Source: Methanobacteriota archaeon (lineage in GTDB: Archaea > Thermoplasmatota > Poseidoniia > Poseidoniales > Poseidoniaceae). Taken from it: a stretch of 64,000 nucleotides of DNA. The notes beneath the pieces were generated by a model. It was not told where the DNA came from and ran no database searches. It saw only the letters and a program-made list of their open reading frames with translations. This document shows positions 1-10,582 of the stretch, piece after piece (positions within the stretch are counted from its first letter, which is position 1; each line of letters starts with the position of its first letter). A program made the position numbers and the translations under genes. The stretch lies in the NCBI GenBank assembly GCA_004195635.1, contig PSPT01000003.1, forward strand, positions 38,146 through 102,145, given 5' to 3'.

Positions 1-519
1 ATCCTTGTCCCAGTCAATACCTCTATCGTAAACGCCATTGCCGAAATTATCATCATCACCTTCTATCCACGATATTTCCTCTAAAATATTCTTGTTGGTG
101 ATATCATCACCCTCACCATTCCCAAGTTGAGCATTATTGGTTTGAATGTAGATGATAGATACATCAACCGTCCATTCATCTCTCACTTCGAGCAACAAAT
201 CGGTGGAATCAGCGCCTTCAGGAAGAAATATTTCTACATCATCAACAATTTGATCTTGGAAGCCTGAACCGACATATCCAAACCAGGTTGCCATGATTAA
301 CATTAACAAAACGGTTATTTTTGGAGTTTGAAGGAGGGTCCGATATAGACGGTCCATGCCGACATTTACCTTGTCCTGAACATCATCAATTATTACATCG
401 ATTTTATCGTTAGCAAGACTTATTCCATCTGAGGCTTTAGTGTACCATTCCTTGCTTTGGACTTCAGCAACAAGGCGGGCAACAGGGGTCGTCTTCCCCG
501 TGTCACTACCCTCGGCCAT
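1..519 (-). CDS. MMPL/RND-family membrane transporter, N-terminal part (runs off the window)
   Basis: Manual translation from ATG 519: MAEGSDTG...TPKITVLLMLIMATWFGYVG...DDVEIFLPEGADSTDLLLEVRDEW. First TM helix followed by an FLP-x-DS motif typical of MMPL proteins. Not in the ORF track because it is truncated. Confidence 0.7.
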   Translation of the reverse strand, partial: MAEGSDTGKTTPVARLVAEVQSKEWYTKASDGISLANDKIDVIIDDVQDKVNVGMDRLYRTLLQTPKITVLLMLIMATWFGYVGSGFQDQIVDDVEIFLPEGADSTDLLLEVRDEWTVDVSIIYIQTNNAQLGNGEGDDITNKNILEEISWIEGDDDNFGNGVYDRGIDWDKD

Positions 520-686
520 AGTCGGGGATTGACAGGTTAGCCATGAACATCACCCACAGTTTGCTTGAGAACACAAGATTATTCCAAAGATTCAGTAAGG
601 TCAGTAAATTGAAGATAAAGGTGGGGCTGCACTACAATAATTCATTCAATGCAAAAACATCAATGCGATGAAGGGCTTGGTGGGAA

Positions 687-1634
687 TCAATCTATTCCGA
701 ATTCCTTGACAATTAGAAGTTTGAGAATACTGCGTGCGCTTTGTAAAACAAGACCCGTTGCGATTAAAGATAGACCGAGAACCCCGATCCAAGCAGCGGT
801 TATTCCCGGGCCAATTGTCCCATCGGTAAATTCTCCAACGGAATCAATTGCTCGCAAGCCCATTGCAGCACCTGTTGCAAGCAAACCAAATCCAGGAATG
901 CCGAGAACGATTAGGGGCTTTTTCTGAGAGAGTGTGATTAAGGCGTAGGCGAGGACAGTAAAACCATGGCTTAGAGCGGTGAAACGACTGCCCTTTGGGA
1001 CATCATAGCGGATAACTGTTGGAATTTCAGCAACTTTCAACTCTTTTTCGTTCGCATCTTCCAGAATCTCAAGAGATAATTCCATTCCTTCACAATCAAA
1101 ACGAAGAAGTTCAAGGGCTTTAGCCGAAAAGGCTCTAAATCCACTTTGAGTATCCTTGATATTTAAATCAGAGGAAAGATTTGATGCGGCAGTAATTACC
1201 TTAATGCCGAGACGCCGGTAAGCAGGCATATCTACACTTGTACCGCCATCAATGAAGCGAGAACCGATGACGATATCGGCTTCACCTGAAAGAATTGGCT
1301 CGATGATTTTGGGAATGTCATTTGGGTCGTGTTGGCCGTCACTATCAAGAGTAATTAGGATATCAGCACCCATTTGACGTGATTTTACGAATAGAGTCTT
1401 TAGAGCACCACCATAACCTCTGTTTACACGATGCCGAGTGACTTGAGCGCCACATCTAGTGGCGAGGTGGGCACTTGAATCTGAAGAACCATCATCAATA
1501 CAAAGAACGGTATCGACATGACGAAGGGTTCTGCGAACAATTGTACCAATTGTTTCCTCCTCATTGTACATTGGCATACCAGCGACGATGAGGGGTTTTG
1601 AACTGACTTCATCCACTTCAGGCCCATCTCCCAT
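687..1634 (-). CDS. GT2 glycosyltransferase (DPM1/polyprenol-phosphate glycosyltransferase-like) with C-terminal TM helices
   Basis: Motifs PMYNEE, IDDGSSD, NRGYGGAL, LDSDGQHDP, IVIGSRF, DTQSGFRA. Confidence 0.9.
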   Translation of the reverse strand: MGDGPEVDEVSSKPLIVAGMPMYNEEETIGTIVRRTLRHVDTVLCIDDGSSDSSAHLATRCGAQVTRHRVNRGYGGALKTLFVKSRQMGADILITLDSDGQHDPNDIPKIIEPILSGEADIVIGSRFIDGGTSVDMPAYRRLGIKVITAASNLSSDLNIKDTQSGFRAFSAKALELLRFDCEGMELSLEILEDANEKELKVAEIPTVIRYDVPKGSRFTALSHGFTVLAYALITLSQKKPLIVLGIPGFGLLATGAAMGLRAIDSVGEFTDGTIGPGITAAWIGVLGLSLIATGLVLQSARSILKLLIVKEFGID

Positions 1635-1737
1635 ACTATATCGGCGAAGCGGGTCCTATATCAGCGTTAAGCATCTAGGCAAACACCTTTTGCCTTTTGC
1701 CGACCCGTTTAGTGATTATTGTTTAATTCTATAGAGG

Positions 1738-1769
1738 GAGAGCAGATGCCCCGCAGGACACCCACTCTC
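1738..1769 (-). terminator. 14-bp RNA hairpin (UGCG loop) downstream of the small gene; terminator or stability element
   Basis: Minus strand GAGAGUGGGUGUCC-UGCG-GGGCAUCUGCUCUC pairs fully with 4 G-U wobbles, which fixes the strand. Confidence 0.55.
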
Positions 1770-1817
1770 ATTACGCGGCATAAGCCGGAGTTGCATTATT
1801 TGCCCGTTTTCGCCGAC

Positions 1818-2027
1818 TTAGTCCTGTAAATGGCTAACAGTTGTAACTGCTCGCTCACCTGCAAGAACCTTGTTCAATGCACCAATACTGATCACAAGAG
1901 GCACGTATGTTTGGCCATCACTTGTGGTATAGGTCTCACAATCAGACAGAGCTGAGGTGTTTATTGACACCTTTAGGGCTCCGCCGGCATTGCTTCTTCG
2001 GGCATATCCGACCAAGAGCGAGGACAT
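1818..2027 (-). CDS. Small hypothetical protein (69 aa)
   Basis: GAGGT Shine-Dalgarno sequence precedes ATG 2027; compact beta-beta-alpha-like sequence. Confidence 0.7.
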   Translation of the reverse strand: MSSLLVGYARRSNAGGALKVSINTSALSDCETYTTSDGQTYVPLVISIGALNKVLAGERAVTTVSHLQD

Positions 2028-2510
2028 TACCTCTTCTTGGACCGGTTTGGTCTTGTTGTTTTTGCTCATTTTTTTCACATCCTGGCACTTTTTCTCAAAT
2101 TGTCATCGGATACTCTCTCTCATTTGTGGGGTGTGCCTTTCACCGAAAATGGCATGACCCCTGTAACCTACTTATACCGTGATGAGGGGGGTAAGTGAAA
2201 GGCAAAACTGAACGGGATTGAAAACAAGCCAACTGAGGGCCATCGTGATAATCTGCAAACTGAAAGTGAAACAACAGCATCCTTTCTCAGGACAATAGTT
2301 GGCATCTGAAATAGAAAAATTTGTGTAATAATGAAATTAAAGAAAAGGCAATATTTTTTGAGCATTGGGGTGTTGAGAAAGCAAGATGTTGGGCTCAATA
2401 ATGCAAATTGGCGCAAGCGATTACAAAGAGGCTTACCTCGCACAAACCGGCTTCTGAATTGATGACAGTTAATCCAAAACCTCAAACCGAACCGGCCGGT
2501 GCCCTGCGAC

Positions 2511-3470
2511 ATGACAAGTCGTGTAATGGTCACCGGTGGCGCAGGATTCATCGGTTCACATTTGATAGATTTACTTGTTGAGGCCGGTAATGAAGTTGTG
2601 ATTTATGATAACTTTTCCAGTGGCCGACTTGAATTTATTGCAGATAATCTCAAGGACCCTGCAGTGAGCCTTGTGAAAGCAGACCTCCTTGATTTAGATT
2701 CACTAGTTGTTGCTATGAAAGGGGTTGACCAAGTTTATCATTTGGCGGCTAATCCAGATATTCGTCTTGGAACTGAAGTAACCGATACCGATCTAAAACA
2801 AGGAACGGTTGCCACATACAATGTGCTTGAAGCAATGCGTCTTGCCGGAACTAAAAAAATCGCTTTTGCATCATCTTCGGTAGTATATGGTGAGGCTGCA
2901 GTCATGCCAACTCCTGAAGATTATGGACCTCTTTTCCCGATTAGCCTTTACGGTGCAAGCAAACTTGCAGGTGAGGCTCTAATTACCTCTTGGGTTGGAA
3001 CTTTTGGTCTTCAAGCCTGGTTGTTCCGCTTCGCAAATATTGTCGGCGAGCGCGGAACACATGGTGTCATTTTTGACTTCATTCATAAGTTGAAAGCAAA
3101 CCCTGCTCGCTTAGAAGTGCTTGGTGATGGACACCAAGCGAAATCCTACATGGAAGTTCGCGATTGCGCACGAGCAATGGTCCACCTGGTTTCATCTCAA
3201 AATGAATCCGTTAATTTCTTCAATTTGGGAAGTGGCGATGTTTGTAGCGTTGCCCGAATCGCCGAGGTTGTAGTAGAAGAAAGCGGATTTCCCGAAGTAA
3301 GCATCGAATATACTGGTGGAAGCCGAGGCTGGGCAGGCGATGTGGCGAAGGCATCTCTTGCAGTTGAAAAACTAAATGCGACTAATTTCGCAACTAACTT
3401 TGATAGTGAGGCGGCGGTGCGCCACACAGCAAGGGCACTTATTCAGGAGATTGGATTACATGAAATATGA
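2511..3470 (+). CDS. NAD-dependent nucleotide-sugar epimerase/dehydratase (GalE-like extended SDR)
   Basis: TGGAGFIGSH, HLAA, SSSVVYG, YGASK. Confidence 0.92.
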   Translation: MTSRVMVTGGAGFIGSHLIDLLVEAGNEVVIYDNFSSGRLEFIADNLKDPAVSLVKADLLDLDSLVVAMKGVDQVYHLAANPDIRLGTEVTDTDLKQGTVATYNVLEAMRLAGTKKIAFASSSVVYGEAAVMPTPEDYGPLFPISLYGASKLAGEALITSWVGTFGLQAWLFRFANIVGERGTHGVIFDFIHKLKANPARLEVLGDGHQAKSYMEVRDCARAMVHLVSSQNESVNFFNLGSGDVCSVARIAEVVVEESGFPEVSIEYTGGSRGWAGDVAKASLAVEKLNATNFATNFDSEAAVRHTARALIQEIGLHEI

Positions 3471-4167
3471 GCAGAATAGTATACGTAGAATGAGAACTGA
3501 TGACTCCGCAGTAGGCCATATGGGTAGCCTTTTTCAAGTGATTGGAATCTTCTTTATTGGTATGATGATTATCGCCTTTTCAACCGATCCGGTAAAATTG
3601 GGTATTGACAAGGGTGAATTGCCACCAACAATTCAAGGTGATGCACATCACTATGTCCCTGGTTCTGAAGGCGGTAACTGGGAGAAAAATTGGAATCTGC
3701 ATGACCATTTTAACATGAGTTGGGATGCAGAGGAAGCGGAATCAGACAAGTGGTTTGTAATTGAATTCCTTGACACTGACTGCCCTTATTGCTGGACAGC
3801 AGGCGAAGCACAATCACAAATATCTGATTACTGGGGTGACAAAATCACTCAAGTTGGAGTGGTTGTGGCTTTGAACATTGACGGCCACTCTGGCTCCCGT
3901 GCAGAAATTGAAGCCTTCCAAGGAAAATTAGACTTTGAGGGATGTAAGACCACATCTAACTGTAAAGATCGACCTGGAGACCCGCATAATTTCATCTACA
4001 TCGATGACCTTGATGCTTCTTCCATGAGTGCTTGGAACCTTCGTGGAACTCCAAGTTGTTTCATCCTTCAACCCAACGGACTAGTTTATTTCGGACCAGG
4101 TCAAGGCACCTGTGACGACATTCCTGCCACATTGAACGAATTGTTCCCAATTGGCCAAGGTGCGTGA
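3460..4167 (+). CDS. Membrane-anchored thioredoxin-fold (redoxin/TlpA-like) protein
   Basis: N-terminal TM helix, EFLDTDCPYC, cis-Pro loop GTPS; overlaps the end of the epimerase; CAGGAG SD. Confidence 0.75.
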   Translation: MKYEQNSIRRMRTDDSAVGHMGSLFQVIGIFFIGMMIIAFSTDPVKLGIDKGELPPTIQGDAHHYVPGSEGGNWEKNWNLHDHFNMSWDAEEAESDKWFVIEFLDTDCPYCWTAGEAQSQISDYWGDKITQVGVVVALNIDGHSGSRAEIEAFQGKLDFEGCKTTSNCKDRPGDPHNFIYIDDLDASSMSAWNLRGTPSCFILQPNGLVYFGPGQGTCDDIPATLNELFPIGQGA

Positions 4168-4171
4168 TTTG

Positions 4172-4864
4172 ATGGAATGGATATTTATTTACTCGGCACT
4201 AATTTTCTGCGGCGCATTGTTGTCTACTAATTTGGGAGAGACAATCGCTAATGCACTCGGTGCTTCAGAGGAGAAATTGTCTTGGATGTCAAATGTGAGA
4301 ACCCGTAAACTCGGCGCTATGCAACTAATGCTATTAGGTGGCTTTATTGCGAGCATTGACCTATTTTGGATTCAGAATAAATACATGGAGTACAGTGGAA
4401 TTACCGCAGCAAGTACTGCAATGGATATTTTTGGACTTAACTTTGACACCACGACCTTTGTTGGAGATTTGGAAAACAACAACTTTTTCGGTATCCCTTG
4501 GGGCTTTGGTGGAATGCTATTCTTTATCATTGTTGGCTGGTTCACTCTTTCTATTAAAGCAGAGCCGACGGCTTCATGGGTTGATCTTTTTCTCAAACTA
4601 GGGATTCTATCTTCTGGATTTGGAGGCATCGTTTCTTTGTATCTCGTATACATTCAAACATTTGTAATGGATGGAGTATACAGCCTAGAGGCAGCAATAA
4701 TCCAGTTGACAATTTTCTCTTTACTATTGGCCTTTACTTCACTTCAAAGAATGAAAAATGAAGGAATTTGGGTTGATAATAAGCTTGATTCAGATCCTCT
4801 TTACGAAAAACGCAAGCGACGTTCAAGTGGCTACATTGCGCCAACCGTTGATAGCGAAGAATAA
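4172..4864 (+). CDS. VKOR-family membrane protein lacking the catalytic cysteines
   Basis: FFGIPWGFGGMLFF and SLYLVYIQTFV match the VKOR pattern; the CxxC position reads SLEA. Confidence 0.6.
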   Translation: MEWIFIYSALIFCGALLSTNLGETIANALGASEEKLSWMSNVRTRKLGAMQLMLLGGFIASIDLFWIQNKYMEYSGITAASTAMDIFGLNFDTTTFVGDLENNNFFGIPWGFGGMLFFIIVGWFTLSIKAEPTASWVDLFLKLGILSSGFGGIVSLYLVYIQTFVMDGVYSLEAAIIQLTIFSLLLAFTSLQRMKNEGIWVDNKLDSDPLYEKRKRRSSGYIAPTVDSEE

Positions 4865-4949
4865 CCTACCAACGACGAAGTTGGCTGGCTCCGAGAACTC
4901 TCGACGATAGCCCTGCGGCCGGCAATTGCGTAACGCCTATGGCTAGAAA

Positions 4950-5257
4950 TGGAGGTGCAGGGAGTAAGCCCCTTTCTGTTACCCGCTTTCACGGTTAGCT
5001 ACATTCAACTTAGCATCTTACCCGTCCCTCGGCGTGCCGCGTCAACAGGACTGTTTAGACTTGCTCCAGCGTGGGTGCTCGTTCCAGCAACAATAGGGCA
5101 ATCTCGTCCTTTCGGATTCATCGTACACACCCCTTGTCGTTCGTTTCTGCTGCACTACCAAACCATCTCTGGCTTACGACTTATGTCGCCCGCTTGCACT
5201 TTGGAGAGGGGACTTTCCTCAGAGTCGAACTCTGTCAGTAGCCCTCCTACGCCTCCA
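4950..5257 (-). ncRNA. rnpB: RNase P RNA (archaeal type A)
   Basis: GAGGAAAGUCC and AACAGAA...GGCUUA signatures; P1 termini UGGAGGCGUAGGAG / CUCCCUGCACCUCCA pair; P8 and P9 hairpins and L15 GGUAA present. Confidence 0.95.
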
Positions 5258-5343
5258 AACACTGCTAGGAGGTCCCTCTTTTCAATCTAACCAAGCATTA
5301 CGATATGGGCCACATAACCTCATGAAGGCAGAAAAGAGCACTT

Positions 5344-8300
5344 TCAATCAAACAGGTCATCATCCATCCAAGTATTCTCTTTAGTACCACTTTGACGAAG
5401 TAGAGTCACTAAAACGACGAGGAGGAGGAGAGAAATTATCGCTCCAAGCCAAATATAAATTGAATCAATTCCAGCAACTGAACCCGTGAAAATGCTTTCT
5501 TCCTCGGCTTCAACGATTCTAATTGTTGGACCATTTGCTTCATTCTCTTCATCGGTTACCAAGTGAGCCTCAATCCACGCTGCACCTTCCCCCTCAAGAG
5601 TCCAATCAACATAGGTTGTATTGCTTGAATCTGCACCAATAGTCACATAACTTTGCTGCAATACAGTGCGTATTCCACCAGGTCGAACTTCCTCCACGAT
5701 TAGTTCAACTGTTCCTTCAAGGCGCCCGGTGTTGTGTACCTCAATGCTCACAGTCAACACCTCTCCTTCTGGCAAGTCTCCTAGTTTTGAATAACTAATA
5801 TCTGCTCTTTCAAGAGACCATTCTGGAGACCTCTGTTCAATATCCCATGAACCAACTGGGACTGCCTCTGAATTGAGGAGTGAATCAAAGTCGTTTCCAG
5901 CCATATCTGCACCAGTCACCCAAACAATCAATTCCAATGCTTCAAGGTCGGCACCTTCCTCGAGTGAAGAACCAATATCAAGTAACACCGCAAGCGGAAT
6001 TGATTGCCCAGAGAGGCGGTTTTCAATTACATTTGGAGTCATTTGTCCCTCGGCGATAAAAGCAGAACCGGCCTCAGCACCACGGGCTTGAACACGCCAA
6101 TGAATTTGCAATGTATCTGGATTCAATTGCTCAAGTTCGCTGACCCTCAACTCAATTTGTAAAGAGTCCAAGTCGTTGATTGTCAATAATGCATTTGATC
6201 GTGGAGAAAGAACATCATTCACCATAGGAGATTCACCATCAACTACTATCCACATTACTGGAGTAGAACGGTCGGTATAATCCACCGAATTAAGTGGGAG
6301 GTTAGACATTTCCACATTGAACGGATAAGCACCGGAAATCAAAGGCATGTCAATCTCTGCGCTAAAACCACCGTCTTGGGAAGTCACAATGTGCCTTACT
6401 CCGTCGATTAATAGTGCGACATCAAGGAGGGCTTGTGGATGAGTTCCATCTGTTGCCCAAACCACTTCACCACGTACTACTGCTTTTGCACCTGGCTGAA
6501 CCCATGCTCCTTCGCTATTGGGGACTGCCCCCTCAATGTCAATTGAAAGACTTGAAGTATCAACCATCATATCTGGAGAATATCTCCAGCGCAACTCGGG
6601 AAGAGTTACCCATGAACCTTGACCAGCGCGGTCAAGGATAGTAATTGAAGGCTCACGCGAAAGGTAAGTGTCGGCAACTAAAGTCCACTGTATTTCAAAT
6701 TCGATGCGCAATTCCAAATCTTCACTGAAAGGTGTAGTGTCATTTTGAGCCGAACCCAAGATGCAGGAGTTTATTACCAAATCTAGGCTTGCCGTAGTAC
6801 AGCGGTTTGTAGGCCCATCCCATTCTATAGACAGAGTGTCTGTTTGCGAATTACTTGCCAATTGCAAAGTTGCTGATGCAAGGTCTGAAAAACCATTTTG
6901 CTCTGTCAGTGGAACCACAATAGTGTATGCAACTTCGGGATGTAACCAAGGATGTGGGCCATCTTCAATCTCAATGTTTGTCATATCAAGGACTGGGGCA
7001 AAATCTCGGCGCACTTGATACATGAAGAGGTAATCTTCAGAAGTGGAGGAACCACCGCCAAATAACAAATTTCCAGCAGCATCTCCACCATATAACCATC
7101 CTGCAACATTTGAACCATCAGGAGCGTTTGTATCGTCATGAATATAGGAATATTCACCCGATGCGAGAGACATATCTTGAGGCAGAATAATGCTTGTTGG
7201 CCTATATTCATCGCTACTTGGCAAGCCATTGCCATCACTATCATCGAGCCATTCTCGCCAAATTTGCAAATGAATGCCACTTGGTAATATTGGCCTATCA
7301 ACTATTGTAAAAGTAAGTTTTTGGGAAATACTTGGTGCGAGGTGGTCATGACGTTCAATATTCATTGAGATTAACTCCGGAGAAAGTGAATCGGTTTGGA
7401 ACGTTTTTGACATTGCCTGAACAAATCCAGACCCACTTGAGCCATTATTTGTGCCTCCACCAGAACCACCAAGTATGGCTAGCCTGATTTCCCAGACAAC
7501 ATATGCACCTGAAGCAGGAACTGTTGCACCAATTGTAGCGAGTCCTTGATCTACAACTCTTGTACTATTGATGAGGTTGCCGTCTTGCAATAAATATACT
7601 TCAACATCATCAGTTCGCGGCGCCCATTGAGACCCTACATTTTCAAATCCGAGATCAATTTCCAATTCGACATCAGCACCTAGCTTGAGATATTGCGCAT
7701 TGCTTGGCACAATATTGCCGATTTGATTTATCACCCACCAATCATTGATTACCGGATCATTTTCAACTCCCAAAGTTGAACCTCCACCAAATGTAAACCT
7801 CACTGGCACACAATGAACTGAAGTTTGAGTGATCATTTGGATCATAATGTCTAGGGAATCCTCATCATCCCAGTCCTGCATTAGTCTAAACCGCCACAGT
7901 GTTTTGAATTTATCACCTGTTTGGTTTAGGAACCCGGGGTTCTCTGCCCATTCAATCAAATGTGAATCACCTCTTGAAACACAGTTTGCAGGGGGCTCGC
8001 CCACATTTTCAGGAGGTAGGAATATACTCCCAGTGCACTCAAAAGTCGCATAGTGACCTATTGCTGCAATTGTCAACTCGACTCTATTGGCACCTTCGGA
8101 AGTATTGAATGTCGCAAATACTTCATTCCATTGATAGGAGGGAGTCACTGGTTGAGTTTCACTCAGATTGAGCAAGTTTCCATAACTATCAGGGGCTCCA
8201 CCATTAGATTGTTGCGAAACGATTTGTACATTATATCCCGCAGGCCCAGTGCTTTGGAAGGGAATGGGGATCTTCTTACTACCTGGGAGGGACCAAAGTT

Positions 8301-10350
8301 GCCCCAATTCAAAATTGAGTTCTCTCAAAAGCGAGTGGCCATCTGAGGCATTCAAGATAACAGAGGATGTGTACGGGGCTGCAAGACCGCGAAGCAAAAT
8401 ATCGGGACCTGCATCCGCAGTAACTCGTAGATCAACTTGAGAAAAGGTCCAACCTTCGCCGTTTACCATTGAGGGGGAACCGGATAGTGCATAGTTGATT
8501 TGAGATATTTCGGCTTCGCTAAAGATTACATCTGTTGAACCAATTAATGTACCGATAGTTTGATTCAGTTCCTCAATTCCGTTAATGAATATTCCAATGG
8601 CGACACCAGTTGCGGCGAGACCAGTTGGGCATAATTGGAAAGAGAGGGAGTCAACACCTTGCCCAGGGAGCATAAAGCCAACTTGTTGAGTTGATGCAGT
8701 TTGATAAACCATTTTGGCTGATAGGTAACCATTTCCTAAGCGATCTTGCCACCCCCACTGCCCGAGGGCAGGGTCTGACATTGACCACTCATATCGACCA
8801 TCAGAGGCTACATCAATTCGTGGATTTGTCGGCATGCTACCGATAGCAATATCGATTTCAACATCCACTAATTGCCAACTGCTTCCAGTACCAACTATTT
8901 GGTAATCAACAGAAAATATTGTCCCTGCACCTACTGTGAGAATGGTATTTGATGCAACATCTGAGTAGTTTTCTCCGTTTATAGATGCCTGAATTTTTGC
9001 ACCACCGGACAAGCCGAAATTGTGACTGACGCGAGCAATAGGCGCCGCGGTTCGCAAAGTGGGAAGAGTCACAGTTTCACTACCACTTCCTTGCACCGAC
9101 TTGGCAGAAGATGACCAACTCGCAGTGCCGAGTTGCCAACCGATATCAGCTGGATCAGATGTCAAAGTGTCGGCATAGCGTCCTTGTAAATTAATACTAT
9201 GAATCACTGGATGGCCACCACTGCCAGAAACCAAATTTATTTCTAAGCGCAAAGCGGCATGTGTTTGCCAGTCAATAACACCGAGGTCGGCGACTCGGTC
9301 AACTCTATCGACGAAACCGGCGATTGGAGAACTAGTAAAGGCGTCAATTAATGTCCACTCAAGAGATGCACCAGAAGGCACTGTCATGTCAAGCGACATC
9401 AAACCGTAGGGCCCCGGCATCCCCTGAAATCCCGACTGAGCCTGTGGCCCGAAGTCGGGCGAAGTCCAGTTAGCCTCGCCAGTGGAAATACCGGTGCCAA
9501 CAGGCAATACTGACACATCATCAACATTCCAGCCGGTAAAAGTGACTGACCCGTCAGTTCGTCCCAAACCAAAACGAATTTGGAAGTTGGGATTACCGTT
9601 GATATAACTTGAGATTGAACTTGTTACTTGGTAAAAAGCACCATCATTTACTGTTCCTGTGCTTGAGTAAACCTGTGACCAAACGCCTTGAGCATTCTTT
9701 ACTTGAACATAAGCATGGTCGTAGGAATAGTATTCAACTCCAAGTCGCTTCCAATAGGATAATTCCCAGCTACCAGAACAACTACTGCAATCCATTGAGG
9801 GTGAGGTTGCCCAATAAGTCGTGCTCATATAATTAGGATAGTTTCCGTTGTAGGTATATATTGCACCTGTACCGCCATGAACTCCATTTGTTGGACCGAG
9901 GGCTGAATCATAACCATGTGCCCAGCCTCCACTTGCATCTAAAGTCCAACTCTGAGCAGAGCCTTCAAAATCATACAACCAGCCCTGAGGCAGAATTGTC
10001 AAGCCGGAATTGTTGTAATCCACATTATCAAAAACTGCGGCAGTGGTATTGAATTCGGCAGCGGAATCCCAAATCATTGACTCCACGCGGGGCAGCGGAG
10101 AGGGTGTGATATTGAGGTTAATGGCACCTAAGGTGTGCCCTTCTGAAATATCTACAGTCAACTGATTTGAAATGCCATCTGGGTATATTGGGATGTTTAA
10201 TGATTCCCACTCACCAACGTTTGAGTAAGCAGGACTCAATTCATCATCGAGTGATGTGGCATTCAAAGGCTGCGCTATCGGGACTAAAATCGAAAGCAGG
10301 TAGGTCAAAAGCAGGGCCATGGAGGCCATCGAGGCATGATGGGTTCGCAT
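5344..10350 (-). CDS. Giant cell-surface protein (about 1670 aa): signal peptide, MAM-like beta-sandwich, Ig/CARDB-like domains, C-terminal TM anchor
   Basis: Hydrophobic N-terminus; FQIRFGL...GWNVDDV MAM-like end; VHNTG CARDB motif; C-terminal TM helix. Confidence 0.75.
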   Translation of the reverse strand: MRTHHASMASMALLLTYLLSILVPIAQPLNATSLDDELSPAYSNVGEWESLNIPIYPDGISNQLTVDISEGHTLGAINLNITPSPLPRVESMIWDSAAEFNTTAAVFDNVDYNNSGLTILPQGWLYDFEGSAQSWTLDASGGWAHGYDSALGPTNGVHGGTGAIYTYNGNYPNYMSTTYWATSPSMDCSSCSGSWELSYWKRLGVEYYSYDHAYVQVKNAQGVWSQVYSSTGTVNDGAFYQVTSSISSYINGNPNFQIRFGLGRTDGSVTFTGWNVDDVSVLPVGTGISTGEANWTSPDFGPQAQSGFQGMPGPYGLMSLDMTVPSGASLEWTLIDAFTSSPIAGFVDRVDRVADLGVIDWQTHAALRLEINLVSGSGGHPVIHSINLQGRYADTLTSDPADIGWQLGTASWSSSAKSVQGSGSETVTLPTLRTAAPIARVSHNFGLSGGAKIQASINGENYSDVASNTILTVGAGTIFSVDYQIVGTGSSWQLVDVEIDIAIGSMPTNPRIDVASDGRYEWSMSDPALGQWGWQDRLGNGYLSAKMVYQTASTQQVGFMLPGQGVDSLSFQLCPTGLAATGVAIGIFINGIEELNQTIGTLIGSTDVIFSEAEISQINYALSGSPSMVNGEGWTFSQVDLRVTADAGPDILLRGLAAPYTSSVILNASDGHSLLRELNFELGQLWSLPGSKKIPIPFQSTGPAGYNVQIVSQQSNGGAPDSYGNLLNLSETQPVTPSYQWNEVFATFNTSEGANRVELTIAAIGHYATFECTGSIFLPPENVGEPPANCVSRGDSHLIEWAENPGFLNQTGDKFKTLWRFRLMQDWDDEDSLDIMIQMITQTSVHCVPVRFTFGGGSTLGVENDPVINDWWVINQIGNIVPSNAQYLKLGADVELEIDLGFENVGSQWAPRTDDVEVYLLQDGNLINSTRVVDQGLATIGATVPASGAYVVWEIRLAILGGSGGGTNNGSSGSGFVQAMSKTFQTDSLSPELISMNIERHDHLAPSISQKLTFTIVDRPILPSGIHLQIWREWLDDSDGNGLPSSDEYRPTSIILPQDMSLASGEYSYIHDDTNAPDGSNVAGWLYGGDAAGNLLFGGGSSTSEDYLFMYQVRRDFAPVLDMTNIEIEDGPHPWLHPEVAYTIVVPLTEQNGFSDLASATLQLASNSQTDTLSIEWDGPTNRCTTASLDLVINSCILGSAQNDTTPFSEDLELRIEFEIQWTLVADTYLSREPSITILDRAGQGSWVTLPELRWRYSPDMMVDTSSLSIDIEGAVPNSEGAWVQPGAKAVVRGEVVWATDGTHPQALLDVALLIDGVRHIVTSQDGGFSAEIDMPLISGAYPFNVEMSNLPLNSVDYTDRSTPVMWIVVDGESPMVNDVLSPRSNALLTINDLDSLQIELRVSELEQLNPDTLQIHWRVQARGAEAGSAFIAEGQMTPNVIENRLSGQSIPLAVLLDIGSSLEEGADLEALELIVWVTGADMAGNDFDSLLNSEAVPVGSWDIEQRSPEWSLERADISYSKLGDLPEGEVLTVSIEVHNTGRLEGTVELIVEEVRPGGIRTVLQQSYVTIGADSSNTTYVDWTLEGEGAAWIEAHLVTDEENEANGPTIRIVEAEEESIFTGSVAGIDSIYIWLGAIISLLLLVVLVTLLRQSGTKENTWMDDDLFD

Positions 10351-10582
10351 AGCAATACCTACTAGGCGTCTAAGTACTATAATACATCGCTTCATTCTCA
10401 TGAATAATTTATGCACAAAACGCACTACTTCGCTGCATATTTCAATAAACGTCTATTCAGCCAATTATACCTTTTCCATTTCGAACCGGACTCACTCCGC
10501 CACAATTATGGCCTAATTCCAAGTTCTTTTTGAGAGAATAATAGTGAAAAGTATTGAAGGCCGCCATCCTTACCCTTTGTAC

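Noticed and set aside
4949-5290. 113-aa plus-strand ORF
   Set aside because: Antisense shadow of the RNase P RNA gene.
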